Shown piece by piece: positions 37,166 to 46,470 of a DNA stretch of 64,000 nucleotides (position 1 is the stretch's first letter; each line of letters begins with the position of its first letter). The notes under the pieces are model-generated. The model was not told the DNA's origin. It did not search any database and saw nothing but the letters and a program-made list of their open reading frames with translations. This DNA is from Candidatus Krumholzibacteriota bacterium (lineage in GTDB: Bacteria; Krumholzibacteriota; Krumholzibacteriia; JAJRXK01): assembly GCA_963764625.1 (NCBI GenBank), contig CAVXTH010000005.1:384001-448000 (forward strand), written 5' to 3'. Position numbers and translations under genes: made by a program.

Positions 37166-38972
37166 ATGGCTCCCCGACTCTCGATTCTCCGCCGGCTCAC
37201 CGGGTTTGCGGCGGCTGCCGCTTTGACCCTCGCGCTCACCCCCCCGGCTCGTGCCGGGGCCCTCCCGATCACCCCCGACGGGCAGTTTGGCGATTGGACC
37301 GCCGCCGCCCAGGAGAGCCTCGACCCCACAGGGGACGGCGGGAGCAGCGGCATCGACTTCACTCACCTGCAGATCGCCCACGACCAGGATTGGGTGTTCC
37401 TGCGCTTTGACACCACCGCCGAGGTGCAGCCCGACGAGCAGCAGGACATTCGCTTCTATCTCGACACCGACATGAACGCGGCCACCGGATACTCGATCAA
37501 TGGCATCGGGGCCGACCTGGTGTGGGAGCTCGGGCAGAGGAGCGGGACCTTCTACACCCCGTCGCCCCGGAGCATCGACCATCCGGACATCGGATTGGTC
37601 GATCGCGCCCACCGTCAGCGGAACCGAATTCGAAATCGCCCTGCGACGCGACGCGGTTCCCGCCGGAGGGCAGCCCCTGTTTCCCGGCAACGACTTCCGC
37701 ATGGTGATCTTAGACAATTCGAGCGGAGGGGATCGCCTGCCCGACAGCGGTGGCGTGAGCTACACCCTGGACGCCACGAGCTTTCCCATTCCCACCATTC
37801 CTCTGGAGCAACCGGGCGCCTCGACCATTCGTGTGGCGGGTTACAACGTCCAAAGTGACGGCCTCTTCGACAATTCGAGCGCGCACCAGACGGCGCTGGA
37901 CAAGGTGTTCTCCACTGTGAACGCGCAGGTGTGGGTGATCTGCGAGGTCTGGAATCACACCGCCGAACAGGTGCGTCAGGTAGTGGAGGGATATCTGCCC
38001 AGCGGCCCTGGCGAGGATTGGTACGCGATCAAGCTGGACAGCGGCAACGTCATCGTGAGCCGCTTTCCCATCCTCTTGTCCTGGGAAGTCTCGCCAGGCG
38101 ACCGGATCACCGCGGCTCTCTTGGACGTGCGACCCACTTGGGACAGCGATCTCATGATCATCGCGAATCACTGGAGCTGCTGTACCGCCGACGCCAATCG
38201 GCAACAACAAGCCGACGCGACGGTGGCGTTCTTGCGTGACGCGATGACCTCCGGAGGAAACTTCACTCTGGGCGCCGGAACGCCGGTGATCCTGGCCGGC
38301 GACTTCAACCTGGTGGGCTGGCGGCAACAGCTCGACACCCTGGTCTCGGGCGACATCCAGAACGAGTCGAGCTACGGCGCCGACTTCGCGCCCGACTGGG
38401 GCATGGGTACCTTGAGCTACGCGCTCTCCCGTCATCCCGACGCGCGGATGAGCTATACCTGGCGGCAGGACTCGAGCACTTTCTATCCGGGCCTGCTCGA
38501 CTATCTCTTCTACACTTCGAGCCTGGTGACGCTGGAGAGTGGGTTCGTGATGGAGACCCGGACCATGACGAGCACCACCCTGGCCACCTACGGGCTCTCG
38601 GCGAACACCACCCCCGATGCGAGCGACCACGCACCGCGGGTCGGGGACTTCACCATGAACGCGGTGACGGCGACGACTCCCTCGCGAGCCCAGGGAGCCC
38701 GGCTGCTTCCCAACGTCCCCAATCCCTTCAACCCGCGCACGACTCTGCGCTTCTCGTTGGCGAGAGCGGAGCGCGTGCGGCTTGCGATCGTGGATGCGCG
38801 CGGGCGTCAAGTGCGTCAGCTTCTCGATGCGACGCTCCCCGCCGGAAACCACGAGAGCGTGTGGAACGGCGCCGACGACTCAGGGCGCGCGGTGGCCTCG
38901 GGGGTCTATCGCATGGTGTTGCTCGAGGAGGACGGGATCGCCCAGTCGCGGCCAATGGTGTTGGTGCGGTGA
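37166..38972 (+). CDS. Secreted endonuclease/exonuclease/phosphatase (EEP)-fold protein with FlgD-Ig/T9SS-like C-terminal domain (one +1 frameshift at ~37601)
   Basis: Signal peptide; N-terminal DG.FGDW/DPTGD sugar-binding-like domain; VAGYNV, CEV, GNVIVSRFP, ILAGDFN, LDY and SDH EEP motifs; PNPFNP...MVLVR. DIGLV joins IAPTVSG after removing one base. Confidence 0.82.
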
Positions 38973-39012
38973 ACTTCTGCTGAGCGCCGGGGCTCGAAAA
39001 AGCTGACTCGCG

Positions 39013-40323
39013 CTAGTTCTTCGCGGGAATCGGTTGCAGAGTGACCGTCATCTGCATGTCGCCGGTAACGGTGAAGTAGCGACGCGCATCTAGGTAGCCA
39101 CTCTTAAAGATACGCAATCCATGTCCAGTTGGATTGACCCGGAAAATCGCACGGCCTTCGTCGTTAGTGTTTAGATCTACACTCTCGTTTGACCAGCTCT
39201 CGCTTGTGAGTTCTACATCCACCAAAGGAAACGGCTCACCTTGCGGGTCGAGAACTTGCACTTGAAGCTCATATTGTCCCAACTCCACGGAGAAGAGATC
39301 GCCATCGTTCAGCGGGGGGATGGAAATCGCAATCGGTGCAAAGCTCAAGACTCCTGGAATTCCGGAGATGATGGGTGATCCCAGAAGAGCTGTCGAGAGG
39401 TAAGGGTCTGCCTCGATTCGCGTGGCTCCCGAAAGACCCGCGATCTCGAAGACCTCCCCCTGTCCATCTAAGTAAATCCTCGTTCTTACTTTGTCCTTAC
39501 CTGAGCCCGGGAAAGTGGTTCCCAATGAGAGCGCACCCGACGGAACCGGATCACCGCCCAGCGTGAATCTCACCTGGTGGGAAACCAACGGCAACTCGAG
39601 GCGGATGGTATCTCCACTCGCTATCTGAATACTGTCGGGCCAGTCGTAGTCTACGTAGAAGTCACAACACCGCTGGAGACTGGCACTGAAGCGACCCGCT
39701 TGAGGCAAGAAGATCTCGAAGCCGCCGCCCCCTTCAATGCTTGTCGATGCCAAGAGTCCATCCTGGCCTCCGCCGATCCTCTCCACGTAGGTCGACATTA
39801 TCAGTCGGGCAACCTTGAGGGAATCTGCATAGCGCTCTGGGCCAATGATCCCTACGTGGTACTCACCCCTCAGTACGAATTTTCTCAACTCGTTCTTGAA
39901 GAACAGTACTTTTTCTCTGTCTTCATTGGGAAAAGTAGATCCCGATACAGGTCGAAAGGAGACGCTTAGCGGCAAGTTGGGAACCCACACGGCGAACTTG
40001 CCATCGTCCCCCGTGACAAGCTCGGCGGAAAAGGTGGAAGCAAGTTCTTCCGAGGATGGATGGATCTTCACGTAAACCCCGACCGCTGGCTTCTCATTCG
40101 CATCGAATACCTGTGCCTGCGCTAGAATCATGTCGGGATCGGGCTGTGTGGGAGTTGTGAGTTCGCGGCAGGCCAAAATGCCGGTCATGATAGGCAACGT
40201 CAGAATTATGAAAGAGAAGAGACGCCATACAGAACGATATCTCTGTGGGCTGAGATCTAAGCTCCTTGATTCATGCTTGTCTTCCGCATCCCGCACGGCA
40301 ACCAGTTCCTTTTCCGAGGACAT
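39013..40323 (-). CDS. Putative lipoprotein with carboxypeptidase-regulatory/prealbumin-like beta domains, paralog 2
   Basis: ILA-C lipobox; TGDDGKF and TNDEGRA turns; colinear with the neighbouring paralog; low GC. Start uncertain. Confidence 0.7.
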   Translation of the reverse strand: MSSEKELVAVRDAEDKHESRSLDLSPQRYRSVWRLFSFIILTLPIMTGILACRELTTPTQPDPDMILAQAQVFDANEKPAVGVYVKIHPSSEELASTFSAELVTGDDGKFAVWVPNLPLSVSFRPVSGSTFPNEDREKVLFFKNELRKFVLRGEYHVGIIGPERYADSLKVARLIMSTYVERIGGGQDGLLASTSIEGGGGFEIFLPQAGRFSASLQRCCDFYVDYDWPDSIQIASGDTIRLELPLVSHQVRFTLGGDPVPSGALSLGTTFPGSGKDKVRTRIYLDGQGEVFEIAGLSGATRIEADPYLSTALLGSPIISGIPGVLSFAPIAISIPPLNDGDLFSVELGQYELQVQVLDPQGEPFPLVDVELTSESWSNESVDLNTNDEGRAIFRVNPTGHGLRIFKSGYLDARRYFTVTGDMQMTVTLQPIPAKN

Positions 40324-40329
40324 TCCCGA

Positions 40330-41511
40330 TCAGTTCTCACTGGGCGTTGGCTGCATCTCGATCTCCATCTGACTGTCCCCATTCAGTGAGAAGTACCGTT
40401 CCGCCGGATAAAACCCGCTTTGTGTGACGCGCAGATGAAATCCGCCCGCGTTTAAACGGTAGTATGCTCTTCCATCAGATTGGGTAGAAACACCGGTCGC
40501 GCTGCCCAACGAATCCTCTCCGTAAAAAAGGACATTTGCGTTGGACAGAGAATTTCCCATAGGATCTACTACATGGATCTCGAACAAGTATTGTCCCAGC
40601 TCGAGGTTCATTTGATCCCCGTTCTTCAATGGTGGAATGGAAAGATAGAAACGTACGAACCTCGGACTCTCACTCGTTCCAGAATTGTAGGATGAGAATC
40701 CGATCATCGTCGCTCCCTCCAGTCCTACTACATCGAACAACAGTTTCGAGCCGTCCCCCTCGTAATCACTCGCTAGCAACTTTCCGTTTTGCCAAAACCC
40801 AGTTATGCACTGAAATTCCTGTTGAGAAGGTATTGGGTTCCCCCCGAGCTGCAGCGCAAGTTCAAAGGCAACCAATGGTGCAACTAGACGCAGAGTATCT
40901 CCTCTTACGATCTCGATACTGTCTGGCCAAGTGAAGCTGATCTGAGGATTACAGCAGCGATTAAGACTGGCCTCATAATGACCATCCTGGGGCAAAAAGA
41001 TCTCGAATCGCCCATCATCCCCGAGCTCCACTGAGTTCGAGTAATAGACCAAGTCTCCCTCAGCGTTGAGCACACTGGTTCGCATCGCAATGTTGGCACC
41101 GGACAGCAATCCCATGGAATAGTCGGAGAGCACTGCACCGGAGTAAAAGTCACCCTTCAGAACGAAGCTCTGTACTTCTCCGAGACGAAAATTCACATTA
41201 CTCTCGTCCAGGTCTGGAAGTCCGGTGCGGGAGTTGGGATAGAGATAGACATGCATCGGGAGATTGGGCACCCAAGCTTCGAAGCGGCCTTGAGGATCAG
41301 TCGTCACGTCAGCCACAAAGGTATAACGTAGTTCGTTTGCCTGAGGGTGAATTCGCACACGAGCACCAGTCAAAGGGCTTCCATCGGCGCGAACGAAGAT
41401 TCCCTGTGCCAATACCGTAGCGGCCTCATTTGGTTGAACCGGCGCCGTGAGTTCACGACAGGCGACCAAGCTCAGAGCCAAAACAAGTGCGACGATCCCC
41501 CTAGAACGCAA
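40330..41511 (-). CDS. Putative lipoprotein with carboxypeptidase-regulatory/prealbumin-like beta domains, paralog 1
   Basis: LVA-C lipobox; TDPQGRF and TQSDGRA turns; likely TTG start overlapping the upstream stop; low GC. Confidence 0.7.
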   Translation of the reverse strand: MRSRGIVALVLALSLVACRELTAPVQPNEAATVLAQGIFVRADGSPLTGARVRIHPQANELRYTFVADVTTDPQGRFEAWVPNLPMHVYLYPNSRTGLPDLDESNVNFRLGEVQSFVLKGDFYSGAVLSDYSMGLLSGANIAMRTSVLNAEGDLVYYSNSVELGDDGRFEIFLPQDGHYEASLNRCCNPQISFTWPDSIEIVRGDTLRLVAPLVAFELALQLGGNPIPSQQEFQCITGFWQNGKLLASDYEGDGSKLLFDVVGLEGATMIGFSSYNSGTSESPRFVRFYLSIPPLKNGDQMNLELGQYLFEIHVVDPMGNSLSNANVLFYGEDSLGSATGVSTQSDGRAYYRLNAGGFHLRVTQSGFYPAERYFSLNGDSQMEIEMQPTPSEN

Positions 41512-42151
41512 AGTCCACCCCCAGGCGCAGGCCATGACTCCAGACGTACTGCACCGCCTCGTCCTGGCCGGAGCCAGTGCCACCCGCGCTGTAGCTGTTT
41601 TTGAGGGAGGTGTAGCGGAAGAGAATCTCCGCCAGCAGACTCGTCTGCTTCCCGAGGCGCAGACTCAGGGTAGGGCCGAGGTCCAGTCCTTCGGTAATGC
41701 TGTTGGGTGCGATTTCGTTGTCGGCGGCCATGAAGGAGACTCCGGCCAACGCGCCGGGAGAGAACAGACGCTCCGGTCTCCACTGGTAGCGGCCGTGTAG
41801 ATTCAGGAACACGGCGCGGCTCCACTCCTGTTGCTCCTCGTCACGAGTGCGAATCTGTTCGAGATCGATTTCCAGACTCATTGAAGGACTGAGCCAGGCG
41901 CCGGCGCGTACGCCGTAGAAGAGATCGTCTTCGAAGCGGAACGCCTTGTTGAAATCCCACCAGCCCACCTGCGTACTCACATGCAGGGCGTGCCCTTCGG
42001 ATAAAACCGCGCCGGAGTCCACCTCCGCCGAACGCGCCGGCCTCACCGCCAAGACGACCACGAGCGCAAACAAGACCGCCATGAGCACGAGCACCAAAAT
42101 CACCGGCGTCCGGCCGCGGAGTCCTCCCTTGGATTCTGGACTAGAAACCAT
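41501..42151 (-). CDS. Small outer-membrane beta-barrel protein (OmpA-type barrel), paralog 2
   Basis: Signal or anchor helix, alternating beta strands, C-terminal LRLGVDFAF with terminal Phe. Confidence 0.75.
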   Translation of the reverse strand: MVSSPESKGGLRGRTPVILVLVLMAVLFALVVVLAVRPARSAEVDSGAVLSEGHALHVSTQVGWWDFNKAFRFEDDLFYGVRAGAWLSPSMSLEIDLEQIRTRDEEQQEWSRAVFLNLHGRYQWRPERLFSPGALAGVSFMAADNEIAPNSITEGLDLGPTLSLRLGKQTSLLAEILFRYTSLKNSYSAGGTGSGQDEAVQYVWSHGLRLGVDFAF

Positions 42152-42734
42152 ACTGAACTCCCAGCGAGTAGGAATGCGCCCAGGTCCCGCGCACTCTCTC
42201 GTCCTGCGATTCGGGCGGCAGGTTGGGATCGAAGAGACTGAAGCGCTGATAGCGCAGCATCCACTCGAGGCGCACCACCCAGCGATGGTTGAGATGGTGG
42301 CCCAACCCCAGCCCGACGTCCCAGGCGTCCCCGAAAGAATCGGGGTCGCTGCTGTCGTCCAAACCGGTGAACGCGATCCCCCCCAGTACCGAAGGTTGCC
42401 AGGCCCCGACCCACTTCATGCCCCGGCCGTGCAACGCGACGCACACCTGGCGGGCCGAGTTGCCGGTGATGCGGCGGCTGGTGTAGACCTCGGTGAACTC
42501 GGCCTCGAGCTGAAAGTGTTCGCTGCGGCGCGCGCCCAGACGCGCCCCGAACAGGGGGGCGTCCTTGAAATAGGTGACGGCGTCGAAATGGTAACTCCCC
42601 ACCAGGGGACCGAACTCCAGGGTCCAGGCACCGCGGCCATGCTCGAAGGCGGGAGAGGAAGCGGCGGCGACTGCGTCCACGCTCCCGGGAGCGAGGAGAG
42701 CGACCGCCAGACAGAGGCCGAGGAGGTGTTTCAT
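42141..42734 (-). CDS. Small outer-membrane beta-barrel protein (OmpA-type barrel), paralog 1
   Basis: Signal peptide, FGARLG...LEAEF, C-terminal YSLGVQYGF. Confidence 0.75.
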   Translation of the reverse strand: MKHLLGLCLAVALLAPGSVDAVAAASSPAFEHGRGAWTLEFGPLVGSYHFDAVTYFKDAPLFGARLGARRSEHFQLEAEFTEVYTSRRITGNSARQVCVALHGRGMKWVGAWQPSVLGGIAFTGLDDSSDPDSFGDAWDVGLGLGHHLNHRWVVRLEWMLRYQRFSLFDPNLPPESQDERVRGTWAHSYSLGVQYGF

Positions 42735-42796
42735 GCTTCCAAGAATGGGTGAGCGTGGCCCGTGGGTCAATGTTCCCGACCAGCGGTGCAATCAGC

Positions 42797-43717
42797 TCAG
42801 TGATTCGCGCTGCCGTTCCAGCGCAGGCGAAGATAGAAGCTCAGGGTGGAAGGCGCGCTGGTGCCGGGAAGCGAAGAATTCCCCGCCATATAGCTCGTAC
42901 CCAGAATCAGACCCTCCCCCAGCGCCCGGTGCATGGTCAGTCCCCAGGCCAGGTAATCGCCCCGGTCGATTCCGTGCGCCCGGGTGTCCAGCATGAGCAA
43001 CACCCCGGCACGGCCCATGAAACCCAGAATTCTCAGCCTCTCGGCGCTGAGGGTCGCGAAGGGCCCGGTCGCACGTCCGTGAACGGGCAAGAACCCGTGC
43101 AGACCCAGGAGCATCGGAGCGACGTTGGATTCCACGCCCATGCTTCCCCAGCCCAACCGGGCTCGGTGGTGAAGCCCCTGGTGGCGCAGACTGAGGAGCT
43201 GAGAGGCGCCGCTATCGAGCAGATAACCGCTGGAGGACGCGGCGTAGGCCTGTGGATCGACGGTCGCGGCGGAGTTGCCGGCCAGACGGTTGTACTCCAA
43301 GCCCACCGGCAGATACGAGGGGGTCATCTTGAGGGCCAGTCCGTAGTCCGCGCGGCCGGGATCGAACTTCACGCTGAATCCGCGGCCGGGTGCGTTGAGG
43401 CTGGGAGCGTCCATCTGCACTTCGGCCTCAAGACCCAAACTGACCAGGCGCGGGGTCTGAGCCTCCAGGCTCAGGAGCGAAAATGGAGCTCCTTGGGATG
43501 GGCCACCGAACTCTCTCACCTGAGCCACGCTCGCTCCGAGACGCCAGCTGGAAAGCGCACTCGAGCGCGGCGCGGCGGACGGGCCTTCTGTCAGCGACTT
43601 GGCTTGGGCCCCGACAGGCACGAGCGTACAAATGCCGACGAGGCTTACGGTCCAAAAGACGCGATGAAGCTGGGCTGACAACGGCGGCCGCGAGCCGCCA
43701 AACCGAGATGGGAGCAT
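42797..43717 (-). CDS. Exported hypothetical protein, probable beta-barrel
   Basis: Signal peptide ending AQA, amphipathic strands, terminal strand SFYLRLRW. No family recognised. Confidence 0.55.
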   Translation of the reverse strand: MLPSRFGGSRPPLSAQLHRVFWTVSLVGICTLVPVGAQAKSLTEGPSAAPRSSALSSWRLGASVAQVREFGGPSQGAPFSLLSLEAQTPRLVSLGLEAEVQMDAPSLNAPGRGFSVKFDPGRADYGLALKMTPSYLPVGLEYNRLAGNSAATVDPQAYAASSSGYLLDSGASQLLSLRHQGLHHRARLGWGSMGVESNVAPMLLGLHGFLPVHGRATGPFATLSAERLRILGFMGRAGVLLMLDTRAHGIDRGDYLAWGLTMHRALGEGLILGTSYMAGNSSLPGTSAPSTLSFYLRLRWNGSANH

Positions 43718-43752
43718 CTTTCCTGCCGTTTGAGGTGAGAACCGGTCGCAGG

Positions 43753-43761
43753 ATTATAGCA
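43753..43761 (-). promoter_or_regulatory. Consensus extended -10 promoter (TGcTATAAT) for the barrel/lipoprotein operon
   Basis: Perfect TGn-TATAAT 36 nt upstream of ATG 43717. Confidence 0.6.
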
Positions 43762-43762
43762 C

Positions 43763-43790
43763 AAGCCCGCCCCCCAAGGGGAGCGGGCTT
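43763..43790 (-). terminator. Stem-loop downstream of the Cys-repeat gene
   Basis: AAGCCCGC-cCCCC-aa-GGGGa-GCGGGCTT inverted repeat 35 nt after the stop. Weak U-tract. Confidence 0.55.
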
Positions 43791-43825
43791 TGCCAACTCT
43801 TGAACTCCGGTTGCTTGGAGACGGA

Positions 43826-44431
43826 CTACTCGCCGGAGCGCGCCTCGACCTTCTCGGGCGTCTTCTCCATCTTGTCCGACTTCGGCTGGGCGTGGGTGGC
43901 GGCGGCCACTTCGTAGTTCTTGGCGAAGCCATCCAGCAGGGCGCCGTCATCGCTGGTGGCGATGAACTCCACTCCGTCGTCGATGCTCTTCATCTGCAGC
44001 TTGCAGTTTTGCGCGGTGACCATCTTCTGCGCCAAGGGGCAGGAGAAGTCCGCGACCTCGCCGTTGGCCTGGGAGTGCAGCATGGTAACGGCATCGGTGG
44101 TGTGACCGTGGTAGCGGATGACCAACTCCTTGGGCGAAACCCGCTCGGTATCGAAGGACACGGTTCCCTTTCCGGTGCAGGCCCCAGCGCCCATGCAGGC
44201 GGAGGCGGTCTCAGCCTTCGCGCTCATGGGGCAGGCGGAAGCGGCGGTGGCATTCGTGCCCTTCTGGCAGGTGGTGGAAGCGGTGGTGGCCTTCGCACCC
44301 TTCATACAACAAGAGGCACTCGCGGTGGTCGCCTTGGCCCCATTCTTGTCGCAGGCGAGGGCGCCGGCGGCGAGCATCGTCATGAAGCTCAGGACAACGA
44401 GAGCGACGATCGGGAGTCGGGATGAGCGCAT
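43826..44431 (-). CDS. Secreted protein with Cys-containing low-complexity repeats
   Basis: Signal peptide (ALA-C), AAGGAG RBS, strong host-like codon bias, repeats KGAKATTASxxC, 9 Cys. Confidence 0.8.
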   Translation of the reverse strand: MRSSRLPIVALVVLSFMTMLAAGALACDKNGAKATTASASCCMKGAKATTASTTCQKGTNATAASACPMSAKAETASACMGAGACTGKGTVSFDTERVSPKELVIRYHGHTTDAVTMLHSQANGEVADFSCPLAQKMVTAQNCKLQMKSIDDGVEFIATSDDGALLDGFAKNYEVAAATHAQPKSDKMEKTPEKVEARSGE

Positions 44432-44580
44432 GGTCTGGGTCTCCTTGCCGGGGATGATTGCGAGTTGGAACGCGGATGGGCAGAGCGGCCTCGCCCGAGG
44501 GGATCGCGTTCAATGTAGTGAAATTGGTACGAGCATTCCACGAGTCTGTTCCCCGCCCGCGGCCATTTCGCGGGAACCAA

Positions 44581-44602
44581 ACGCCAAGCTCGACGCCAAG
44601 CT
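44581..44602. repeat. Direct repeat ACGCCAAGCT x2 (period 12)
   Basis: Read at 44581-44590 and 44593-44602, in the upstream region of the Cys-repeat gene. Confidence 0.6.
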
Positions 44603-44605
44603 ATT

Positions 44606-45409
44606 TTACGATAGAGGGTTAGAGGGATCCGCCGGGCTAGGGCTCGCCGCGCTGTCACCCGGCCCCGGCGGGGCCTTTTCATCCCTGCTTCGGCGTGCCA
44701 CCACCAGGTGAGCCACGCCCAGGGTTTGCCGGCGCACCAGTTGGGGAGCGGAAAAGCCGGCGCGGTCAAGCGCGTTCGCGAATTCCGGGACCGTCAAAAA
44801 ACGCGCCATGGAACGGGGCAGGTAGGAGTAGGCGCTCTCGCTCTTGCCCACCACTTTTCCCACGAGAGGAACGACTCGCTCCAGATACAACTCCAGGGGT
44901 GCGCGCGCCCACGCGCGGGTGGGGCGGAAGAATTCCAACACCAGCAACTGGCCCTCGGGACGCAACACGCGCGCCAGCTCCTGAAGGCCGCGCTGGAGCT
45001 CCCCGAGATTACGGAGACCAAACGCCACCATGACCGCGTCGAAAGAGGCGTCGGGCAGGGGCAAGCGCTGCGTGTCCGCGGCTACGATCTCGCATTCCTT
45101 TGCCAGATCGTTGTCGCTCTGTCCGGCCTGGAGCATGGGCAGACAGAAATCCATCGCCAGATGACGACGGCCCTTCCCCATGGCCTTGGCGGTGAGGAGC
45201 AGCTCGCCGGTCCCACTGCACACGTCCAGGAGATCGCGCGCTGAGAGATCGATTTCCCGGGCCAGATCGCGCCGCCAGACCGCGTCTCGGCCCAAGCTGA
45301 GAATGCCGTTCATGCGGTCATAGACACGGGCGATTCCGGCGAACATCTCCTGGATCGTCCGATCGTGCCCCCGCGGGTCCTGACGCGTGGTATTCTGATA
45401 GTGGCCCAT
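44606..45409 (-). CDS. ubiE: Demethylmenaquinone methyltransferase (UbiE/MenG)
   Basis: MFAGIARVYDRMN.ILSLG.D..WRR, LDVCSGTG, DF...ML, AFGLRN, ILEF-like LVLEF, AYSYLP.S. Confidence 0.9.
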   Translation of the reverse strand: MGHYQNTTRQDPRGHDRTIQEMFAGIARVYDRMNGILSLGRDAVWRRDLAREIDLSARDLLDVCSGTGELLLTAKAMGKGRRHLAMDFCLPMLQAGQSDNDLAKECEIVAADTQRLPLPDASFDAVMVAFGLRNLGELQRGLQELARVLRPEGQLLVLEFFRPTRAWARAPLELYLERVVPLVGKVVGKSESAYSYLPRSMARFLTVPEFANALDRAGFSAPQLVRRQTLGVAHLVVARRSRDEKAPPGPGDSAASPSPADPSNPLS

Positions 45410-45549
45410 TTTGCTCGTTTCCACCCCGATCCTGGAAAGATCTGGATAGGGCAAGACGGAGACTGGCGCCAGAGTGGAGCTCTCCCCTAAGATGGCCGGC
45501 GCTGGCGAAGAAGCCAGCGTGGCCCACATGTTGCCTCCTGAGCCCGATC

Positions 45550-46470
45550 ATGGTCGATGAAATCGAAATTTTGCCCGCGCCGCCCGTGCGCAACCGCCGC
45601 CACCACCTGGCGGGCCTGGGAATCCTGGCGGCCAACTTGGTGCGCCATCGCATCCAGGGCTATCGCACGCCCCGACCTAAGCCTCTGACCGATCCCAACG
45701 CCGCCTACCGCTACGCGAGGTCGGTGGTTTCCAATTGGCTCCTGCACCTGAACCGCTACTTGCGGCATCCGGTCGAGCTGGTGGGCAAGAGTGCGCTCGA
45801 ACTGGGTCCGGGGCCCGACCTGGGCACCGGACTGGTGCTCTTGGGAAAAGGTCTGGCTTGCTACCGCTCCATCGACGTCCATCCCCTGCTCGCGCGCGCC
45901 CCCAAGAAGCTCCATCTGGGTCTGGCCGAGCGCGTGGCCCAGGAGAGCCCGGTTGCGTTGGAACAACTCGTCGAGGCTCTGGACAATGGAATGGAAGGCC
46001 CTCTGGGCTACGTTTACGACTCGAAGCTCGACCTGGAGGTCTTCGGCGCCTCGAGTTTCGACCTTTTTCTCAGCCACGCGGTTTTCGAACACCTTTCCAA
46101 AGTGGATTCCGTCATTGCTGATCTCAGTCGCGTGGCGCGGCCCGGTGCACTCCTGGTGGCGGAGATCGATCTGCAGACGCACACGCGGTGGATCCGTGAC
46201 GTCGATCCGCTGAACATCTATCGCTACCAGAACGCCACCTATCGTTCCCTGCGATTTTCGGGTACCCCCAATCGTGTGCGTCCCGATGAGTACATGCATC
46301 TGTTGATGCAAAATGGTTGGAAAGAAGTCCGCTTCTTTCCGCGGAGAGTTCTCCCCCCGGAATACATCGAGCGGGTGGAGCCGACCCTGGCCAGGAGATT
46401 CCGTGGAGATCTCGAACACCTCGGGTGGCTCAGCGTGGTGCTCTGCGCACGCTACGGCGGAGGAGCGTGA
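45550..46470 (+). CDS. Class I SAM-dependent methyltransferase
   Basis: LELGPG motif I, FDLFLSHAVFEH, RVARPG. Confidence 0.8.
   Translation: MVDEIEILPAPPVRNRRHHLAGLGILAANLVRHRIQGYRTPRPKPLTDPNAAYRYARSVVSNWLLHLNRYLRHPVELVGKSALELGPGPDLGTGLVLLGKGLACYRSIDVHPLLARAPKKLHLGLAERVAQESPVALEQLVEALDNGMEGPLGYVYDSKLDLEVFGASSFDLFLSHAVFEHLSKVDSVIADLSRVARPGALLVAEIDLQTHTRWIRDVDPLNIYRYQNATYRSLRFSGTPNRVRPDEYMHLLMQNGWKEVRFFPRRVLPPEYIERVEPTLARRFRGDLEHLGWLSVVLCARYGGGA

Noticed and set aside
39013-41500. Mobile element or prophage explaining the low-GC tract
   Set aside because: No integrase, transposase, terminal repeats or tRNA site seen; only a compositional shift.
43826-44431. RiPP precursor interpretation of the Cys/Ser/Thr-rich repeats
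   Set aside because: The protein has a Sec signal and a folded C-terminal domain, and there are no adjacent modifying enzymes or transporter.
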